Sequence record: OQ718158.1
Strand: one strand, 5' to 3'
Source: Escherichia phage vB_Ec-M-J
Length of the DNA: 64,000 nt
How positions within the stretch are numbered: position 1 is the stretch's first letter; every line of letters starts with the position of its first letter. This document shows positions 60,422 through 64,000 of the stretch, piece by piece. The position numbers and the translations under genes were made by a program. The notes beneath the pieces were generated by a model. The model was not told the origin of the DNA. It made no database searches and worked only from the letters and a program-made list of their open reading frames with translations.

Positions 60422-61549
60422 TCAAAAAGGTAAATCAATTTGCTTAGTAATAATAGTATCTAACGGTATTGAACACAATGAGAAATTCTTTCCACCCGTA
60501 TTTTCAGGATTATATCCATTCATCCATACATTATTACCTTCGTAAAATGTATTCCAGTATAAAGACCCACTATATCGTGTATTCGAATTGAACGATGTAA
60601 AATTGAATTCTTGAAATGCTGTAAAATATGGAAGGGAACTTGAACTACTTCCCGTAAATGGGGTATGCCCAGTTGCTATTAGTTTGTTTGTATCTGCATT
60701 AATTAAAAATACAACACTAGTCGAATAGTCCAACGAATCAGGATGATATATATTACTCATATCACCTATAGTAAAACCAACATCAAAAACTTTACTATGT
60801 GCACCACTACCAGCAAAAGTAGTTCCAGTTGCATATATTTTATTATCAGATGTTATCATTACAAAACCAACACCAGAAACAAAACTGCATTTTATATCAT
60901 AAGATATATCATCAAACAACGGAACAAATGTGGTTGCATCACCCGATGTTGCTTTAACTTGAAAGCTGTTATTTGAACCTGAACCATATACAGTTCCATC
61001 GTTTTTAATCTTAAACAATGTATCGCCAAGGTAACCGCCAAATATATTATCCACATTAGTGTCAAGTACAGTCCACGCTGAAACATAATTTTTATGTCCT
61101 AAACCTAATGTACCACTTCGATTCCATCCTCTTCCATAAAGTGTTCCGTCTTTCATTAATATAAATGCTGTATAACCACATAACATTTTTTTAATTTGGG
61201 TAACATCTATACCAGTGAAATACACAGCCCAGTCAGTATATCCTTGTTGGAAAGTATTAGAATTCGTGAATGCATATGTTGAACCTGAACCATATATTTT
61301 ATCACCTTTAATAACAACGGAAAACGATCCTAACCATAAGTCATCAACTTCAGTTGTGATTTGTTGAACTGCTCCTAACGATACAAACTGTGTACTTAAA
61401 CCCGCATTATAGTTTGAATCTTCACCGTGTGCATATACAGTGCCATCTTGCATTAGAAACATTTCAAGAGTGTAACTAACAACACTTTTCTTTATATTAT
61501 TAACTTCGATTATATTCCCATAATCAAACATTCTAACAAAAGGTAACAT
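60422..61549 (-). CDS. MLPF-family protein, paralog 13
   Basis: MLPFVRMFDYGNIIE; C-terminal KQIDLPF. Confidence 0.7.
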   Translation of the reverse strand: MLPFVRMFDYGNIIEVNNIKKSVVSYTLEMFLMQDGTVYAHGEDSNYNAGLSTQFVSLGAVQQITTEVDDLWLGSFSVVIKGDKIYGSGSTYAFTNSNTFQQGYTDWAVYFTGIDVTQIKKMLCGYTAFILMKDGTLYGRGWNRSGTLGLGHKNYVSAWTVLDTNVDNIFGGYLGDTLFKIKNDGTVYGSGSNNSFQVKATSGDATTFVPLFDDISYDIKCSFVSGVGFVMITSDNKIYATGTTFAGSGAHSKVFDVGFTIGDMSNIYHPDSLDYSTSVVFLINADTNKLIATGHTPFTGSSSSSLPYFTAFQEFNFTSFNSNTRYSGSLYWNTFYEGNNVWMNGYNPENTGGKNFSLCSIPLDTIITKQIDLPF

Positions 61550-61618
61550 AATTCCCTCCTTTATTCATTATACTATATTTAATCAAAAAAAGCCAGTATC
61601 AAGTACTGGCATATTAAT
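61550..61618 (-). promoter_or_regulatory. array intergenic module
   Basis: Hairpin plus conserved box. Confidence 0.55.
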
Positions 61619-62767
61619 TTACTGCAAAAATGACATATCGACTTCTGTATAATTAAGAACGTTCTGTCCAGAAATACCACCCATTACTACTATTGCAAGG
61701 CCACAATAATATAATTTTCCAGTATCAGTAAGTATAAGTGAACCAGATGGGGTGCGTACCAAATTACAAGAGGTATTAAACGAAGTATATGAAGGAGTAT
61801 AGGAGTACTGATTAATATTATTACCAACACCTAATTGACCAGACGCGTTGCTTCCAGATGCATAAAGTACTTCATCACCTTTAACTATATGTGATGCCAT
61901 GTTACCAACACAAGTATATAAACTATAAACACCTGCACTCAATAATGTGGGGGTTTTATATTGTATATCAGTAGAAGAGGAAGTACCACCTGTACCAAAT
62001 TCGTTCCCATATTGTGCACCGAACTGTTTACCACAAGCGTACAAATTATTATCCGATTTGATAAAAAATGTACTCTGATAACTTACATTAAAATCTATAA
62101 CATCCGAAGAAATCATCGTCACCCCAGTAATAGAAGTTTGATTACCCGTGCCCAACTGGTAGTAATAGTTAAAACCACAACCCCATAAAGTATTATCTTC
62201 TCGCAAATAAATGTTACCAACTGCCTTTTTAACCGAAGTTATAGTATCTACTCTTTTGAATGTGTTAAAAGAATTAATGTTTGTGCCATCACCAAATGAT
62301 GATATGTTCGATATATTGTTAGCTCCACAACAATACAATGTACCATCGTTTGTTATCAAATTCACCTTCATATCATAAAAACTACTCATGTATTTTATAT
62401 CAGAAACATTAATACCACTTGATGTTATCCACGTAGTACAGTCCGTCCACAAAGTTTTTCTATCAGTTACACCAGTGAATGCCTTCGTGTTACCAGTGAT
62501 AAAAACTTTTCCAGTACCTTTCTCTTCATACAATTGACAATCACTACTGTTATCTTCCAATAGAACTCGTTTAACATTCTCCGCACAAAGAATAAATTTA
62601 CTCGATGCTACACCTGTACCAGTACCCCAATTCGTCGCAGAAGATGCATACAACTTATCAGTATAAGTATCATGAAGATACATAGAATCACTGGAATATA
62701 TTTTAAAACGCCCAGAGTTGGTAGGTGCTTCATTCCCATAATCAAACATTCTTACAAAAGGTAACAT
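61619..62767 (-). CDS. MLPF-family beta-propeller protein, paralog 14
   Basis: MLPFVRMFDYGNEAP; YYQLGTGNQT and SGQLGVGNN blades. Confidence 0.7.
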   Translation of the reverse strand: MLPFVRMFDYGNEAPTNSGRFKIYSSDSMYLHDTYTDKLYASSATNWGTGTGVASSKFILCAENVKRVLLEDNSSDCQLYEEKGTGKVFITGNTKAFTGVTDRKTLWTDCTTWITSSGINVSDIKYMSSFYDMKVNLITNDGTLYCCGANNISNISSFGDGTNINSFNTFKRVDTITSVKKAVGNIYLREDNTLWGCGFNYYYQLGTGNQTSITGVTMISSDVIDFNVSYQSTFFIKSDNNLYACGKQFGAQYGNEFGTGGTSSSTDIQYKTPTLLSAGVYSLYTCVGNMASHIVKGDEVLYASGSNASGQLGVGNNINQYSYTPSYTSFNTSCNLVRTPSGSLILTDTGKLYYCGLAIVVMGGISGQNVLNYTEVDMSFLQ

Positions 62768-62779
62768 ATTTCCTCCAAA

Positions 62780-63685
62780 TTATTTAAAAACATACTGCGT
62801 ATTAACACGTGTCCCGTTGTCGTAACCAAGTACGTAAAATATTTCAGCACTATTATTAGAGCCAAATAATGCACCAGTACTATTACTCAACGTTGTATTG
62901 ATAGCTAATGGTATCCATTTGTTTTGCTCGGCATCATATTTTAATAAATTTAATGCACCATAAGATACTGCATATATACCTTTGTCATATCTATTGTAAA
63001 TTATCTTACTAGGGTTAGCTCCACCAACTGCTGCCATTCTTGACCAAACCGCACTCTCTATGTGATATTTTTGTGCAGGAGTAGATCCTTGTCCTGTAAA
63101 ATATATGTAAGTACCATCAGTGCACATATCACCACCACCATTGTTTGTTGTATTCCCAGTAGTACCTAACGATGTCCATGTATTAGTACTCGGCGTATAA
63201 CTATATAATGCAGTATTAGACGGTGAACCCCACAAATATATCTTATCCCCTGTAGTAATCATCTTACTATATACTGCCTGGTTAGGTTTGCCAACACTTG
63301 TATTATTCAGTGTCCATGTATCAGAGCTTATGTCATATACATAAAAATTATTATTAGCAACATTCGCTGCACCTAAACCACCGAACAAATATATTTTTCC
63401 TTGATAGGCACACAATGCACTTCCATAGGTGGATACTGGTGGTGATGATAATTGTACCCATATTCTAGAATTTAAATTAAAACTCCATAACTGATTATCC
63501 TGGTTCGAAGTATTCATTATACCACCAAATATATAAGCAGTATTTCTTGATGCATCATACGTATAACCAAAGTTATTTCGTGCTGAAGGTACTGGTGATG
63601 TGGTAAATTGAGTTCGTATACCACCATTTGGGGCTGGTAATGGAGCTTCATTCCCATAATCAAACATTCTAACAAAAGGTAACAT
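62780..63685 (-). CDS. MLPF-family protein with kelch-like repeats, paralog 15
   Basis: Start set at MLPFVRMFDYGNEAP (track ORF extends 30 codons upstream); kelch-like IFGG / IYLFGG / IYLWG units. Confidence 0.65.
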   Translation of the reverse strand: MLPFVRMFDYGNEAPLPAPNGGIRTQFTTSPVPSARNNFGYTYDASRNTAYIFGGIMNTSNQDNQLWSFNLNSRIWVQLSSPPVSTYGSALCAYQGKIYLFGGLGAANVANNNFYVYDISSDTWTLNNTSVGKPNQAVYSKMITTGDKIYLWGSPSNTALYSYTPSTNTWTSLGTTGNTTNNGGGDMCTDGTYIYFTGQGSTPAQKYHIESAVWSRMAAVGGANPSKIIYNRYDKGIYAVSYGALNLLKYDAEQNKWIPLAINTTLSNSTGALFGSNNSAEIFYVLGYDNGTRVNTQYVFK

Positions 63686-63733
63686 ATTTCCTCCTTTATT
63701 CATTATATCATATTTACCCCATAAACAAAACCC
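63686..63733 (-). promoter_or_regulatory. conserved TATAAT/SD box upstream of paralog 15
   Basis: Minus-sense TAAATATGATATAATGAATAAAGGAGGAAAT-ATG. Confidence 0.5.
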
Positions 63734-63762
63734 TTGACATCCTTTCAGTACTGGTGTACTAT
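63734..63762 (+). promoter_or_regulatory. sigma70-like promoter
   Basis: TTGACA-N17-TACTAT with cagtactg in spacer. Confidence 0.5.
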
Positions 63763-63787
63763 AGAAGGAATACAAGGAGAACTACAC

Positions 63788-64000
63788 ATGACAGCTACAC
63801 TTAAGTACTACATTAATACTCTAAATGAACTAGAGTACGGTAAGTTTCTCGCGGATAGTTCGTGGCTAATTGAGCTAAAAACACATAACAGTACTGGATG
63901 TAACCTTATGCTGAACAATGCACTTGATACCCTTGTAGTGAGTATTTTACACAGCACCATCTGCGGGGATAGCAATAAACAATTATCAAAAATCTTAGTA
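63788..64000 (+). CDS. hypothetical protein, 3'-truncated by window end
   Basis: ATG after AAGGAGAA; open to window end. Confidence 0.5.
   Translation, partial: MTATLKYYINTLNELEYGKFLADSSWLIELKTHNSTGCNLMLNNALDTLVVSILHSTICGDSNKQLSKILV

Noticed and set aside
48226-63733. T4-type late promoter (TATAAATA) upstream of array genes
   Set aside because: The conserved box reads TATAATGAATA rather than TATAAATA, so I call it a conserved promoter-like box of unknown class rather than a T4 late promoter.
45206-63775. Regularly spaced repeats that might be taken for a CRISPR array
   Set aside because: Repeat units are about 1.15 kb protein-coding genes with about 70-bp intergenic modules; no short direct repeats separated by 25-40 bp spacers, and no cas genes.
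45206-63775. Diversity-generating retroelement as the source of array variability
   Set aside because: No reverse transcriptase ORF or template repeat pair in the window; divergence is spread across whole genes rather than confined to a variable region.

Overview
AT-rich (roughly 35% GC by eye), densely coding window with the hallmarks of a large virulent dsDNA phage; no integrase, attachment site or host housekeeping gene was seen. Positions 1-45,200 are an almost entirely plus-strand accessory region of more than 100 short genes, many translationally coupled by ATGA or TAATG overlaps. It contains at least three tRNA genes (Ser-UGA, Ser-GCU, Met-CAU, Asn-GUU), three HNH endonucleases, a T4 endonuclease V (denV) homolog, a sigma-70-family protein, a P-loop ATPase, and many small secreted, lipoprotein or membrane proteins. 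Transcription signals are unusually explicit: about 16 near-consensus TTGAC(A/T)-N16-18-TATAAT promoters, and a roughly 55-bp repeated promoter/UUCG-hairpin cassette in nine copies that resembles the PeSL cassettes of T4-type phages. Positions 45,206-63,775 are the standout: a minus-strand tandem array of 15 paralogous genes (about 370-400 aa each). Every copy starts with the near-invariant peptide MLPF(V/A)R(M/L)(F/V)(D/K)YGN, followed by a highly divergent Ser/Thr/Asn/Gly-rich body with RCC1-like (GQLGxG) blades, kelch-like in one copy; most end in a (F/Y)xx(V/I)D(L/M)P motif and carry their own conserved TATAAT/Shine-Dalgarno box and hairpin terminator. Other multi-copy families are ten small three-helix membrane proteins in two coupled arrays, a dispersed family sharing an EE(E)(F/Y)FQxS motif, and a tandemly triplicated 54-aa gene. 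All calls rest on reading the sequence and the supplied ORF track; no database search was run, and manually indexed coordinates (tRNAs, promoters) may be off by 1-2 nt.
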